A stretch of DNA of 64,000 bases from IMG/VR virus record IMGVR_UViG_3300042542_004122, positions 8,162-72,161 of that record, one strand, 5' to 3'. A program made the position numbers and the translations under genes. This document shows, piece by piece, positions 23,007-33,415 of the stretch; position 1 is the first letter of the stretch; each line of letters opens with the position of its first letter. The notes under the pieces were generated by a model. That model was not told where the DNA came from and did no database searches. It worked only from the letters and a program-made list of their open reading frames with translations. The DNA is from a virus.

Positions 23007-24885
23007 ATTATTTAAATTATTAACAACTGCAAGCTTATTAATATCAGCAATCGCTTTTTCACAAACTCTTCCTTCAGGATATGTTGGAACAGTTACTAAC
23101 AATACGCCAAATACCTGGGAAACCTATTCATATTCTTTTACACCAAATATCTCAGGAACAAACTATGTCGGTTTTGCGTTCAGACAAGATCCTGCATTCT
23201 GGACATTCGACAACGTGTCGTTAACAGAATCAGGATCTACCGTAAATCTATTGACAAACGGAGCATTCACAACTGGTGGTGCAATCAACATCACCACAAG
23301 TAATGGACCAGGAACAATTCAAGCACCAACAAATTGGGGTGTGTGGTATCAAAACGGCACGTATCCAGCAGCTGCTGGCACTTGGAACGACATCGGAGGA
23401 TCTCACGGCGGTGTTTGGTATGATGGAGCCGTCGGAACATTTGACGGTATCTATCAAGGAATTAGCCTACTAGCAGGCACAACATATACGATTACATTTG
23501 AAGTGTCTGGTAATCATGTAAGCAATGGTAGTTCTGTACAGCTTGGCATTTATGCTGGTCCATGTGCTGACACAACGATTGCTGTTGCGTCATGTACAAT
23601 ACCAAGCTCAGCTGGATTCACAACATTAGCAACACCAGCAGAAGGTGCATCTGCAGGCAATCCTACACCAACTATTGTAAGTCAAGTTGCTGGAACACCA
23701 ATCGTTTCAGAATCATCAAGCCGCGGCACTACGACAACTACTGTGTCAAACACAAGAGGAACAACAGCTTATGTTCCTACAACTACATTCACAGGCACAA
23801 GACAAGACCCAACGCTCACGGTAAATCGCAACATCACTACAGTTGCAACAACACCGATCACCACAGTAACAACGCACACAACACCTATCACAGTAGTAAC
23901 AAGCACAACACCAACTACAATTCAAACATGGAGTGACGGATCTATTACGACTGTAAACGGAACAGCAACGACCTCAACGACAGTTGTCAATGAAATATTA
24001 ACCGGGACTTCTGTGGCTAATGAAGTAGTCACCACACAAGATAATCAACTTTTCACTACTAGAATTGATCAGTTAGCAAAACTTGACAAAATTAGCACTC
24101 TTCAAAATGAAAATTCACTAGCTGATCCATTGGCAAGAAATAAAGTATTTGGTAATAAGATCATAACAAGGGGTCCTGTAAACAAGGATTCTCAAGCTTA
24201 TATTACAGGATACTCTCTTCGTTCTGGCACCAAAGACACATATAGCTACACGACAAATGTTTTTGGTATTGGGTATGAACAAAAACATAATGATTCATTA
24301 TTATTTGGCATTCAATTAAATGGTGCGGTTACAGATCTAAGCGGTGATGCGTCTTCTGGAGAACTAAAGAAGTATTCATTTGACATATTTGCTTTAAAAG
24401 TAGAAGATGATTGGATACTAAAAACAAATTTTGGTGTAGCATACAATGAGTTTGAAACATCACATTTCATGCGCGGTCTAAACTTACTGAACACAGCTTC
24501 TACAAAAGGCTATGATACTTGGTTTGTAAATAGACTTTATACGCCAGATAACTACGGATTTAGACCATTTGCAGGTTTAAAGTTTGAATACGATTATAGA
24601 GACAGTGTATTTGAAACTGGCCCAAATCTTACGGCAGTAAGACATGCTGGTAGAAGTGACTTTGAAGTTACTGGTCACGGCGGTATTAGATTTGAACAAG
24701 ACATCATTCAAGATATGACTGGTGTTATAGAGGGCATGATTGAAACCAGTAAAGCAAAATCAGCTTTTGCTGGATTCTCTTATGCTATAGACGAAAATTC
24801 TTCTATTAAGCTAAAGTATGCAATACAAGAGAAAGAAGATGTGGTAAATAACATTATTGGAGCACAGATAAGAATAATGTTCTAA
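22993..24885 (+). CDS. autotransporter-like outer-membrane protein (CBM-like passenger, Thr-rich stalk, beta-barrel)
   Basis: Signal peptide, LLTNGAF jelly-roll-like domain, T/V-rich stalk, C-terminal barrel ending in F. Confidence 0.7.
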   Translation: MKSRKLFKLLTTASLLISAIAFSQTLPSGYVGTVTNNTPNTWETYSYSFTPNISGTNYVGFAFRQDPAFWTFDNVSLTESGSTVNLLTNGAFTTGGAINITTSNGPGTIQAPTNWGVWYQNGTYPAAAGTWNDIGGSHGGVWYDGAVGTFDGIYQGISLLAGTTYTITFEVSGNHVSNGSSVQLGIYAGPCADTTIAVASCTIPSSAGFTTLATPAEGASAGNPTPTIVSQVAGTPIVSESSSRGTTTTTVSNTRGTTAYVPTTTFTGTRQDPTLTVNRNITTVATTPITTVTTHTTPITVVTSTTPTTIQTWSDGSITTVNGTATTSTTVVNEILTGTSVANEVVTTQDNQLFTTRIDQLAKLDKISTLQNENSLADPLARNKVFGNKIITRGPVNKDSQAYITGYSLRSGTKDTYSYTTNVFGIGYEQKHNDSLLFGIQLNGAVTDLSGDASSGELKKYSFDIFALKVEDDWILKTNFGVAYNEFETSHFMRGLNLLNTASTKGYDTWFVNRLYTPDNYGFRPFAGLKFEYDYRDSVFETGPNLTAVRHAGRSDFEVTGHGGIRFEQDIIQDMTGVIEGMIETSKAKSAFAGFSYAIDENSSIKLKYAIQEKEDVVNNIIGAQIRIMF

Positions 24886-24900
24886 TTAGAAAGGTATTTA

Positions 24901-25341
24901 GTGATAAATAAAAATGTATTTTTATTCGTTATATTAATGCTGAGTTACTCCGCTAAAGCTAGTGAATTAAATTTTAAATTTAAAAATCCGGCTTTTAGCG
25001 GAGTTAACTATTCTAGCCACGTATTTGCAATTGAACAACTGGAAGAGCAAAGAAAACAAAAAATAAAAGATGAACAAGAAAAAATTAGAAAAGAGTTAGA
25101 AAGTAAACTTGAACAGAGTAATCTTCAGAAGTTTTTAAGAAATGTTGAAGCTAGAATATACGCTCAAATATCTAAAGATGTTGTCGATAAGATGTTCGAC
25201 GGCACCGGATCGTCATCGGGAACCGTTGTAATAGGAGGAGCTAGCGTAAGTTTTAACAATGACGGCTCTAACATTACATTAAATGTAGTAGACGATAAAG
25301 GTAATACTACTGTTATAACTATACCTCTAGGGGCTTTTTAA
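24901..25341 (+). CDS. csgF: curli assembly CsgF-like protein
   Basis: Signal peptide followed by SELNFKFKNPAFSG; adjacent to csgG. Confidence 0.8.
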   Translation: MINKNVFLFVILMLSYSAKASELNFKFKNPAFSGVNYSSHVFAIEQLEEQRKQKIKDEQEKIRKELESKLEQSNLQKFLRNVEARIYAQISKDVVDKMFDGTGSSSGTVVIGGASVSFNNDGSNITLNVVDDKGNTTVITIPLGAF

Positions 25342-26114
25342 TGAAAAAGATTTGCTTAGTAGGTTTTTTATTGTTAACAGCATGTATACCTCCTAATGTA
25401 GAAGAGCCTATATCAATAAATGAATCTGTAGTTAAAAAACTAACTATAGTTAATAGTCCTTTATCTACAGAAGCTCCTTTTTATATAGCAGTATATCAAT
25501 TTTCAGATAAAACAGGACAGAGACGTCCAAGCGAAGTAGTAGCTCATCTAAGTAGTGCTGTTACGCAGGGAGCCGAAACTTGGCTTATAAAAGCACTTCA
25601 AGATGCTGGTAACGGTAGCTGGTTTAAAGTTGTAGAAAGAGTAGGGTTAGAAAACCTAACTAGAGAAAGACAATTAATCAGGCAAACCAGAGAACAATAC
25701 GAAGGTAAGGATGCTAAGCCACTAAGACCTTTAGTATTCGCATCTCTTATATTAGAAGGTGGAATTATAGGATATGACGTAAATACGATAAGCGGTGGAA
25801 TAGGAGCGAGATATTTAGGTATAGGTTCTTCAACACAATATAGACAGGATCAAGTAACTATAGTAATGAGACTAATTAGTGTTCAAACAGGAGAAGTGCT
25901 GCTTAACGTAGCTACAAGTAAAACCATACTTAGCTCTGCTGTAGGTATAGATGTTTTTAAATTTGTAGATGCAGGAACTCGAGCCGTAGAAATAGAAACT
26001 GGTTTAGCTACAAATGAGCCTGTAAACTATGCTGTCAGAGCAGCGATTGAAGCTGGAGTAGTAGAACTAATTCAAGAAGGTGCAAGAAAGGGGCTTTGGA
26101 GAATGTCAGAATGA
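25341..26114 (+). CDS. csgG: curli secretion channel CsgG-like lipoprotein
   Basis: LTAC lipobox, AVYQFSDKTGQRR, SSAVTQG, VVERVGLENLTRERQLIR, EGGIIGYD, NEPVNYAV. Confidence 0.92.
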   Translation: MKKICLVGFLLLTACIPPNVEEPISINESVVKKLTIVNSPLSTEAPFYIAVYQFSDKTGQRRPSEVVAHLSSAVTQGAETWLIKALQDAGNGSWFKVVERVGLENLTRERQLIRQTREQYEGKDAKPLRPLVFASLILEGGIIGYDVNTISGGIGARYLGIGSSTQYRQDQVTIVMRLISVQTGEVLLNVATSKTILSSAVGIDVFKFVDAGTRAVEIETGLATNEPVNYAVRAAIEAGVVELIQEGARKGLWRMSE

Positions 26115-26764
26115 AAAAATTATATACTATTTTAATGATCTTATTAAGCACTCATGCTTATGGACAAAGTAACGTTCTATATATAGAACAATCAGGCGCT
26201 GGATTCTCAGGTTCTATTACTCAAGATGGAGCAACTAATATAATTGGAACTTCTAGTAGTCCTTCGATAATTAACGGTACTACCAATACTATTAGTGTCA
26301 ATCAAATTGGAAATAGTAACTCTTTAGATTTTGCAGTTTATGGAGATACAAATACGATATCTATTACAAAAACAGGCGATTCCAATTCAGTTACTCTTGA
26401 AATAGGCAGTAACGGACAAGATAGTAGCACTAATGAATATACCCTAGACATTACTGGTAGTAGTAATACTATAGAATCTACTATAACTGGCGGTATAAAT
26501 ACTGTAGGTATAACAATTTTCGGAGACAGTAATAGTATTACTAATACTATATCTAGTGGTAATACAGAACTTACTCTTACCGTAACAGGTAGCACAAATA
26601 TTATAACAACTAATCAATCAGGAGCTGGAGCACATAGAATAATACATGACCATACAGGAGATACTGGAACTTTTAGTTTTAGCCAGAGTGGAACCAATGC
26701 AAAAATTATCAATATTATTACTAACGGTAATAATCAGTCAGTTACTGTATCTCAAACAGACTGA
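26111..26764 (+). CDS. curlin-like (CsgA/CsgB) repeat protein
   Basis: Signal peptide plus repeated xxQxGxxN / ITGxSN units. Confidence 0.75.
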   Translation: MKKLYTILMILLSTHAYGQSNVLYIEQSGAGFSGSITQDGATNIIGTSSSPSIINGTTNTISVNQIGNSNSLDFAVYGDTNTISITKTGDSNSVTLEIGSNGQDSSTNEYTLDITGSSNTIESTITGGINTVGITIFGDSNSITNTISSGNTELTLTVTGSTNIITTNQSGAGAHRIIHDHTGDTGTFSFSQSGTNAKIINIITNGNNQSVTVSQTD

Positions 26765-27746
26765 AGCAAGAATAGGAGATGTAACAGAGCTTAACGGACA
26801 GGCGTCTGTTACAAGAAATAAAAAAGAACAACCTATAGGCATTCGAGACGGTATCGAATCTATGGACACTATCTCTACTAAAAATTCAAAGGTTAGGATA
26901 GATTTTATTGACAAAACCCACGTTAGTGTAACTGAGCATAGTGACTTAGAAATAGATGAGTATGTTTTTGATCCTTCTAGAGATTTAGCAAAATTATCTA
27001 TGAAAGTATCTTCTGGCACTGTACAATATGCAAGCGGACTTTTAGCAAAAAAAGTAGGAGCTGTAGATGTTAGAACTCCTACTGCTTCTATAGCAGTTAG
27101 AGGTACAGAATTTTCTATGAGTGTCAATGAGTTAGGTAAAAGTTTGATTATGCTTTTACCTAACCAAGATGGAAGCACAGGAGAAATTACCGTTAGCACA
27201 GACGTTGCAAGCGTTATTCTAAATAGAAGTTATCAAGCTACTATAGTGACTAGCAGCTCTAGTCCGCCTTCAAATCCACTTATTCTTAATATGTTAGGCA
27301 GAGTAATAAATAATGATTTACTGCTGTCCATGCCGAAATCTGTAGAAACAGTTTCTAATGTCGAAAAAGAACAAGGTCCATTGGATTTTGACCTTAAATT
27401 TGTAGACGTAAATATGCTGGATAAAGATCCTCTTAAATTTGAAGAACTGAATGTAGACCTGCTAAAGTCTGATTTTTTCAATACTAGATTAAACAATATA
27501 GATTCAATTTTTGATAATTTTAGTGAACGAGATGGTCAAGTGACTGGATATAATCCAACTACACAAATTAATACAGTAGTAGAAGACACTACCGTATTAA
27601 CCCAAAGATTAGATATTTCTATATTTTCTGTAAAAGTTAATAAAGATTATGGATTAAAAATCGAATACAATGGCGATGGTATCTCTGCTGCGTTTGTAGC
27701 TGGAAATATGCAATCCAACAGTATTTTAAAGGTTAAGCAAAAATGA
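26697..27746 (+). CDS. FecR-domain protein
   Basis: IGDVTELNG, F.DKT...TEHS.L.IDEY, VRTPTASIAVRGTEF. Confidence 0.85.
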   Translation: MQKLSILLLTVIISQLLYLKQTEARIGDVTELNGQASVTRNKKEQPIGIRDGIESMDTISTKNSKVRIDFIDKTHVSVTEHSDLEIDEYVFDPSRDLAKLSMKVSSGTVQYASGLLAKKVGAVDVRTPTASIAVRGTEFSMSVNELGKSLIMLLPNQDGSTGEITVSTDVASVILNRSYQATIVTSSSSPPSNPLILNMLGRVINNDLLLSMPKSVETVSNVEKEQGPLDFDLKFVDVNMLDKDPLKFEELNVDLLKSDFFNTRLNNIDSIFDNFSERDGQVTGYNPTTQINTVVEDTTVLTQRLDISIFSVKVNKDYGLKIEYNGDGISAAFVAGNMQSNSILKVKQK

Positions 27747-29797
27747 AAAAAGTAATCATTACTTTACTAACAATCGCAATAGGTATCGGTATAAAGATAT
27801 ACGAGCCTAATATAGTAGAAATTTTAAAACTCAAAGGATTTGATCAGTTATTAACTTTAAATGATACTAAAACTAGTGAAACAGCCGTAATAATAGAAAT
27901 TGATGAGCCTACAATAGAGCAACAAGGTCAATGGCCTTGGCCAAGAGATTTAATAGCAGATGGTATTAAAAAAGCTGTAGATCATGGAGCTGAGATTGTA
28001 GTTCTATATCCGCTTTTTGCAGAAAAAGATAGATTTAATAAAGATGAAATACTTAAAGAGGTTATAACAAATAGTAAGGTCATAGGAACGCAATCTGCTT
28101 CTTTAAAAGGGAAAGGAGATCTAGTAACTAGAGGTTTTGCTATCGTAGGAAATACAGAAGAACAATGGTTTTATAGGTATCAAAACGGAATAGGTAGTAT
28201 TTCTGAAATATCTAAAACAGCTCAAGGTATGGGTATGATTACTACAGTCCCAGAACTAGATGGAGTAACTAGAAAAATACCTTTAGTGTTAATGGTTGGT
28301 GATAAGTTCTATCCTTCTTTACCTTTAGAAATAGCAAGAGTAATACATGGGGCTAAAAATTATAGAGCAAAAGTTACTGAGGCGGGATTATCTAGCATAT
28401 ATATCAATAAGAATTTTTCCATAGAACCAGATAAGCGCGGAGAGTTATGGATAGATTGGTCTTGGACCTGGCCTATTAAAAGTTGGAAAGAGGAATCTTG
28501 GGGAGACTTGACAGGTAAAATAGCTATTTTAGCTATAAACGTAGAGGGAATTACTAATACTATTGCAACCCCTGCAGGCACTAAACTAGGTCATGAAGTT
28601 AGTTTAGCTGCATGGGAAACTCTATGGAACGATAATAAAATAACTAGACCTTATTGGGCAGATTTAACTGAGCTTTTATTTTTCTGTCTGTTGATAGCAG
28701 TCAGTGCTCTCGTTGCTGATAAAGGAAATAAATTACTCGTAGGAGTATGGGGAGTAGTTATACTACTAGTTCCATTTAGTATAAGTTACTACGTCTTTAA
28801 TCAATATCAATATTTAACTGATTGGACATTTAGTTTAGTATTTGGAACACTGTTCTATGGATATGTCGTGTATTCTAGATTTGTTAAAGAGTTTAAACTA
28901 AAGCAACAAATCAAGAAACAATTCCAATCTTATCTTTCAAAGGCTCTTGTGGAAAAACTCCAGAAGAATCCAGAGCTATTAAAGCTTGGCGGAGATAGCA
29001 GAGAGCTGTCAATCATGTTCACAGACGTTCGTGGGTTTACCTCTATCAGCGAACACTATGGTGAGAATGTTCAAGGATTAACCCAAATCATGAATCGCTA
29101 TATGACAGCGATGACTGCAAAAATTCTTGAGAATGAAGGAACGCTTGATAAGTATATTGGCGATGCACAGATGGCATTTTGGAATGCGCCGCTTGATGAC
29201 AAGCAGCACGCCAAGAATGCAGTTAAAACAGCTTTAAGTATGTTAGGAGATTTAGATGAATTCAACAGAAGTATTGCGGCTGAAGGCGTCCCTCCTTTCG
29301 GCATGGGCCTTGGTATCAATACCGGTATGGTTGTTGTTGGAAATATGGGCAGCGATCAACGTTTCGATTATACTTGCCTCGGTGATGCTGTCAATCTTGC
29401 TAGTCGTCTCGAAGGACAAAGCAAACCGTATGGAGTCAAATTAGTCATTGGTTCAAAGACAGCAGAGTATGTTTCAGATGAATATTTTATATTAGAACTG
29501 GACACTATTGCGGTAAAAGGTAAAAAACAAGGAGTTAATATCTATACTGTTTTAGGCACTAATAAAGAGATAGATGATTTAGGTTTTTCTTATGCAAGAA
29601 AAGATCATAACGATATGTTAGATTATTATAGAAATAAAAACTTCACTAGTGCTACCGTATTGTGCGAAAGATTAACGAAAGCATTTAAAGGCGATATGAA
29701 ATCATACTACGAAATGATGATGGATCGTTGTCGTGAGTATACAAAAACCCCGCCACCAGCTAACTGGGACGGGGTTTACAGAGCTACTAGTAAATAG
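27743..29797 (+). CDS. CHASE2-domain class III adenylate cyclase
   Basis: GQWPWPR and DGVTRKIPL (CHASE2), TM helices, FTDVRGFT, DKYIGDA, GDAVNLASRLE. Confidence 0.92.
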   Translation: MKKVIITLLTIAIGIGIKIYEPNIVEILKLKGFDQLLTLNDTKTSETAVIIEIDEPTIEQQGQWPWPRDLIADGIKKAVDHGAEIVVLYPLFAEKDRFNKDEILKEVITNSKVIGTQSASLKGKGDLVTRGFAIVGNTEEQWFYRYQNGIGSISEISKTAQGMGMITTVPELDGVTRKIPLVLMVGDKFYPSLPLEIARVIHGAKNYRAKVTEAGLSSIYINKNFSIEPDKRGELWIDWSWTWPIKSWKEESWGDLTGKIAILAINVEGITNTIATPAGTKLGHEVSLAAWETLWNDNKITRPYWADLTELLFFCLLIAVSALVADKGNKLLVGVWGVVILLVPFSISYYVFNQYQYLTDWTFSLVFGTLFYGYVVYSRFVKEFKLKQQIKKQFQSYLSKALVEKLQKNPELLKLGGDSRELSIMFTDVRGFTSISEHYGENVQGLTQIMNRYMTAMTAKILENEGTLDKYIGDAQMAFWNAPLDDKQHAKNAVKTALSMLGDLDEFNRSIAAEGVPPFGMGLGINTGMVVVGNMGSDQRFDYTCLGDAVNLASRLEGQSKPYGVKLVIGSKTAEYVSDEYFILELDTIAVKGKKQGVNIYTVLGTNKEIDDLGFSYARKDHNDMLDYYRNKNFTSATVLCERLTKAFKGDMKSYYEMMMDRCREYTKTPPPANWDGVYRATSK

Positions 29798-29802
29798 TAG
29801 AG

Positions 29803-30051
29803 TTATTTTTTCTTTGCAGTTCTAGCTTTTTTAGCTAAATCAGCATCTGCTGTGTAATAAGTTTTACCTTTGGTAATAAAGCTATTAACTCTAGCATATG
29901 CCCATTGCTCTCTTGTAGCACCTGGACGGTGACCTGTTGCCCAAGCAGCAGCACCTCTACGATATACCTGCTCTAAAATACTTTTAGGTATTTTAGATTC
30001 TTTAGCTTTACCAGCTAAGCCTTTATCTTGTGGTTTATTTTTTAGCGCCAT
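29803..30051 (-). CDS. small basic protein (DUF5824-like)
   Basis: QVYRRGAAAWATGHRPGATREQWAYARVNSF; start moved to MALKNK. Confidence 0.7.
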   Translation of the reverse strand: MALKNKPQDKGLAGKAKESKIPKSILEQVYRRGAAAWATGHRPGATREQWAYARVNSFITKGKTYYTADADLAKKARTAKKK

Positions 30052-30277
30052 TTTTCTTACCGTAGCGTTTTTGATATGCCAAAGTATATTTACTTGGCTT
30101 AGTCTCAACGCCCTCATCTGTTTTAAAAGGTTGATAAGAGTAATTACCAGATCTAGCTTGCTCTCGTCTAGCAACTACTTCCTTAGCTCTCTCTTTTCTT
30201 GACTGACCTTTAAGGGATCCAAGATATCTTTTAATAACTCTTTTACCGTCTACAGTTTCAGCAGGAACTTTCTTCAT
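30035..30277 (-). CDS. small basic hypothetical protein
   Basis: K/R-rich, TKPSKYT..Y.KRYG. Confidence 0.65.
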   Translation of the reverse strand: MKKVPAETVDGKRVIKRYLGSLKGQSRKERAKEVVARREQARSGNYSYQPFKTDEGVETKPSKYTLAYQKRYGKKNGAKK

Positions 30278-30443
30278 TTTTTCTTCTTACGACGAACAGG
30301 TTTATAAGAACCTGTAAGAGTCTGTGCAGCCATATCTTTATCGTAGGTAGCAATATTATATTTACTGACATTAGTTGTTGGAGTTATTTCGCCTACACCT
30401 AAACTTTTGTCTACCGAAGACATACGAGGTTTTTTTGTTTTTT

Positions 30444-30791
30444 TCATTTCTTTCTCGGATTACTTAGTTTAGAGCCACCAGATCCGGCCCATAACACTTT
30501 TCTAGCCCAATAGTTAGGAGAGAATTTATCGTCTTTAGTTAGTTGTCCGCTCTTATCTCTAATTCCTGCACTACGAGTTAGATAATTCTTTCTAGCATCT
30601 GGGCTGTAGTTATGTCCATAGCCTTTTTGACCAAAATGAACTACTTTAACTTCATCCCCTTTTTTGGCTAATACCATACGTTTTTTATCTTCTTTAGTAG
30701 AAGAACGAGGTTTATTAAACCCAGGAAAGACGGTGCCTCTATATTCTATTTTACCGTCTCCAAGTCTTTTTACGTCTTTAGATGATGCCAT
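30444..30791 (-). CDS. small basic hypothetical protein
   Basis: KVVHFGQKGY...RKNYLTRS...SPNYWARKVLW. Confidence 0.75.
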   Translation of the reverse strand: MASSKDVKRLGDGKIEYRGTVFPGFNKPRSSTKEDKKRMVLAKKGDEVKVVHFGQKGYGHNYSPDARKNYLTRSAGIRDKSGQLTKDDKFSPNYWARKVLWAGSGGSKLSNPRKK

Positions 30792-30949
30792 TTTATCCTC
30801 CGGGGATTTATAGCTATAATAGCTTTTTATTACTAGAATTGTCTACTGTAAAAATATAAGATACTGTATTGGAACTAACTGATGATGCAGTAGGAAAAGT
30901 ATTGCTGACATGAGCTAGATTATTTTTTAGTATAGTTTCTATAGAATAT

Positions 30950-31162
30950 TTACCCATTTCTATAAATTATTCTACCTCTATGTAAGTCGTAAGGACTTAC
31001 TTCTACCTTCACGCTATCCCCTACAGATATTCTGATATTGTTCTTTCTAATTTTTCCATTAACGTAAGCTAGTAAGATATTCCCATTTACTTCTACTTTA
31101 AAATTTGCATTAGGTAATGCTTCTAGCACTTTACCGTCTATTTCTATTAATTCTTTAGACAT
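30950..31162 (-). CDS. infA: translation initiation factor IF-1
   Basis: [14 protein letters not shown]...[28 protein letters not shown]. Confidence 0.95.
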   Translation of the reverse strand: MSKELIEIDGKVLEALPNANFKVEVNGNILLAYVNGKIRKNNIRISVGDSVKVEVSPYDLHRGRIIYRNG

Positions 31163-31331
31163 ATTTATTGTATATACTTTTAAAAGTCTCCCATTGTTTT
31201 TGGCTGAGCTGTGGATATTTACTTTGATAAACTACAAGACTTTTAATAAATGCTCTTTGAGGATCAGTTAAAGGTTTTTGTAGTAATTCTTCTTGTTGTT
31301 GTTTAGATATTCTACGAGTTTTCATTAGTCT

Positions 31332-32075
31332 TTATAAACTAACCTGTAATTTTTCGTATTGATTAATTCTATATTTTAACTCAGGGATGAAAGGTAAAGT
31401 TTGTGATTCAAATACTTGAACATCTGCGTTTTCCACAGTAATTAAAACAACTATTTTTTGTAAGTTTGTTTTAAAAATTTCATTGTGAGCGTAAGCATAT
31501 GCTGTGCACTGTATAAAATAATCTTTAATATCTTTTATCTGTTTTTTCTTTTTAGATGTTTTAAAGTCTATTACTGCCGGAATTTTATTCCACTCTCCAA
31601 ACATATCAACTCGTCCAGCATATCTCAAATGCTTAGACCAAACAGGTATTTCTTGTGCCCAAACATTAGTTACGCCTTTTTGTGTAGCCTGTATGAGATT
31701 AGTAATCATTTTCTGAGTAGTAATTTCTTCATTTAAAATATCAGTTGCCCAAGAGTTAGATCCATCCCAATATCTTTCTAGATATTTGTGCACTATCTCT
31801 CCACGATCCGTAGCAGCTTTAGATACACGCGCTGCCTCTTCTTCTCCTACTTTATCTTTCCAGCGTTGCAACCAGATATTATTAGCCGTTTTTCCTAAAA
31901 TAGTAGTGACGCTAGGAAAACTACCATCAGGTGTTTTATATAGCCTGCCTTTTTCGGTAGTTTCTGCTGTTACCTCTTTGCATACGGAATAATCAAAATT
32001 TGTCAATTTGGTTACCAAACACGTCCCATCCAGGTCTTTGCGTTCTTGCAAACATTTCCAGATATGGGCCATCAA
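31332..32075 (-). CDS. PD-(D/E)XK exonuclease (true start probably near 32006)
   Basis: PSVTTIL, RGEIVH, YAGRVD, IDFKTS, YFIQCTAYA. Confidence 0.85.
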   Translation of the reverse strand: MMAHIWKCLQERKDLDGTCLVTKLTNFDYSVCKEVTAETTEKGRLYKTPDGSFPSVTTILGKTANNIWLQRWKDKVGEEEAARVSKAATDRGEIVHKYLERYWDGSNSWATDILNEEITTQKMITNLIQATQKGVTNVWAQEIPVWSKHLRYAGRVDMFGEWNKIPAVIDFKTSKKKKQIKDIKDYFIQCTAYAYAHNEIFKTNLQKIVVLITVENADVQVFESQTLPFIPELKYRINQYEKLQVSL

Positions 32076-32592
32076 ATAGTCTTTCTATTCTGTCATAGGC
32101 TTCGTCAGGTTTTCTACTATGCTCACGTTGTTGAGATATGATTACTTGTCTAACACCTTTATCTTTACGCTCTAAAGTTTTACCTCGTCTACCGAGTAGA
32201 CATAGCTCTGCGTTAGCTCTAGTGTAATATCCTAGATTCATGCGTATATCTTTATCTACATCTAAGGCTTTAAGATTGGCTGTTTTATTAGTTTTTACCC
32301 AAGTAAATGCACAGGTTTTATATTCAAATCCCCACGCTTTCATTACTTCGAAACTTTTGTCCAAGATAGGAAAAGTTACCCACATAAATAAGATTGAGTT
32401 AGGAGCCGCAATCTTCTTAATCGGTAAATTTTTAATATCTTCCAAAGTCATAACCTTATAATCTGGACTTCTATCTCCACCAGCTTCTGAGTAGGTTTCA
32501 AATGTCCAAGGTGGATCGGCGTAAATAACCGAATACCGTTTATCTGTATTAAATATGTCTATATTCACTATTACCTCAAAGACATTAACCAT
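31993..32592 (-). CDS. MT-A70 family adenine methyltransferase
   Basis: IYADPPW, LFMWVT, WGFEYKT, HSRKP, LEMFAR. Confidence 0.9.
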   Translation of the reverse strand: MVNVFEVIVNIDIFNTDKRYSVIYADPPWTFETYSEAGGDRSPDYKVMTLEDIKNLPIKKIAAPNSILFMWVTFPILDKSFEVMKAWGFEYKTCAFTWVKTNKTANLKALDVDKDIRMNLGYYTRANAELCLLGRRGKTLERKDKGVRQVIISQQREHSRKPDEAYDRIERLFDGPYLEMFARTQRPGWDVFGNQIDKF

Positions 32593-32625
32593 AGGACTAT
32601 AAATCCCATGGCTAATATTATTATA

Positions 32626-32895
32626 CTAATCATCTTCATCTACCATCTCACTACCAGATAGCATCATATGTTTCACTGATTCAATGCCACCTATAGCCAA
32701 GATAATATCAAATTCTCCTGCTATTATGGAAAATATTTTATTATCAGATCCCATACCCACAGCAACTATACCGGATAATTTACCTTGGTCTATAAGGTTA
32801 TGTATCTCGCCTACAATTTTTAGCATCATTTCTTTGGGAGATGTGGTTCCGTCTTTTTTACTTTTTAGGTCTTGAAAATTAATAATATTATCCAT
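32626..32895 (-). CDS. hypothetical protein
   Basis: 89-aa ORF in a coupled run. Confidence 0.65.
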   Translation of the reverse strand: MDNIINFQDLKSKKDGTTSPKEMMLKIVGEIHNLIDQGKLSGIVAVGMGSDNKIFSIIAGEFDIILAIGGIESVKHMMLSGSEMVDEDD

Positions 32896-33328
32896 TATAA
32901 CAACACTCGCTTGCTAAAGTATCTACTTCTTCATTTTCTGGTATGCCAGAATGGGCAGGAACCCATTTCCATTCTATAGATATATGAGAAGATAGAAGAT
33001 CTAGCTCTTTCCAAAGGTCTTGATTTTTTACAGGCTTACGGTTAGCAGTTTTCCAACCATTCTTTTTCCAAGAGTGAATCCACTCTGTTATACCCTTTTT
33101 AAGGTATTGGCTATCAGTATTAACCTCTATAGTATCTATTTCGAGTGTTACGTTTTTAATACCTTCTATAGCTGCTCGTAGTTCCATCCTATTATTTGTA
33201 GTATTAGACTCGCGACCTATTACTATCTTAGGATCTTTATCCAAGTAGTAAATTTTAGCCGCAAACCCTCCAGGACCGGGGTTACCTTTACAGGCTCCGT
33301 CACAAAATATTATAGCTCTATTAGTCAT
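32888..33328 (-). CDS. rnhA: ribonuclease HI
   Basis: DGACKGNPGPGG, TTNNRMEL, TDSQY, KNQDLW, WVPAHSG, NEEVD. Confidence 0.95.
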   Translation of the reverse strand: MTNRAIIFCDGACKGNPGPGGFAAKIYYLDKDPKIVIGRESNTTNNRMELRAAIEGIKNVTLEIDTIEVNTDSQYLKKGITEWIHSWKKNGWKTANRKPVKNQDLWKELDLLSSHISIEWKWVPAHSGIPENEEVDTLASECCYNG

Positions 33329-33415
33329 CAAAGATACTCCAAACGGCGTGAGATACTGCAGCAAAAAGCCCAATTAAGAATGCTAAAAAAGCAATAGAGA
33401 AAATTAATCCTAATA

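Noticed and set aside
23640-24050. ACA-rich low-complexity DNA as a repeat element
   Set aside because: Explained by Thr codons of the autotransporter stalk.
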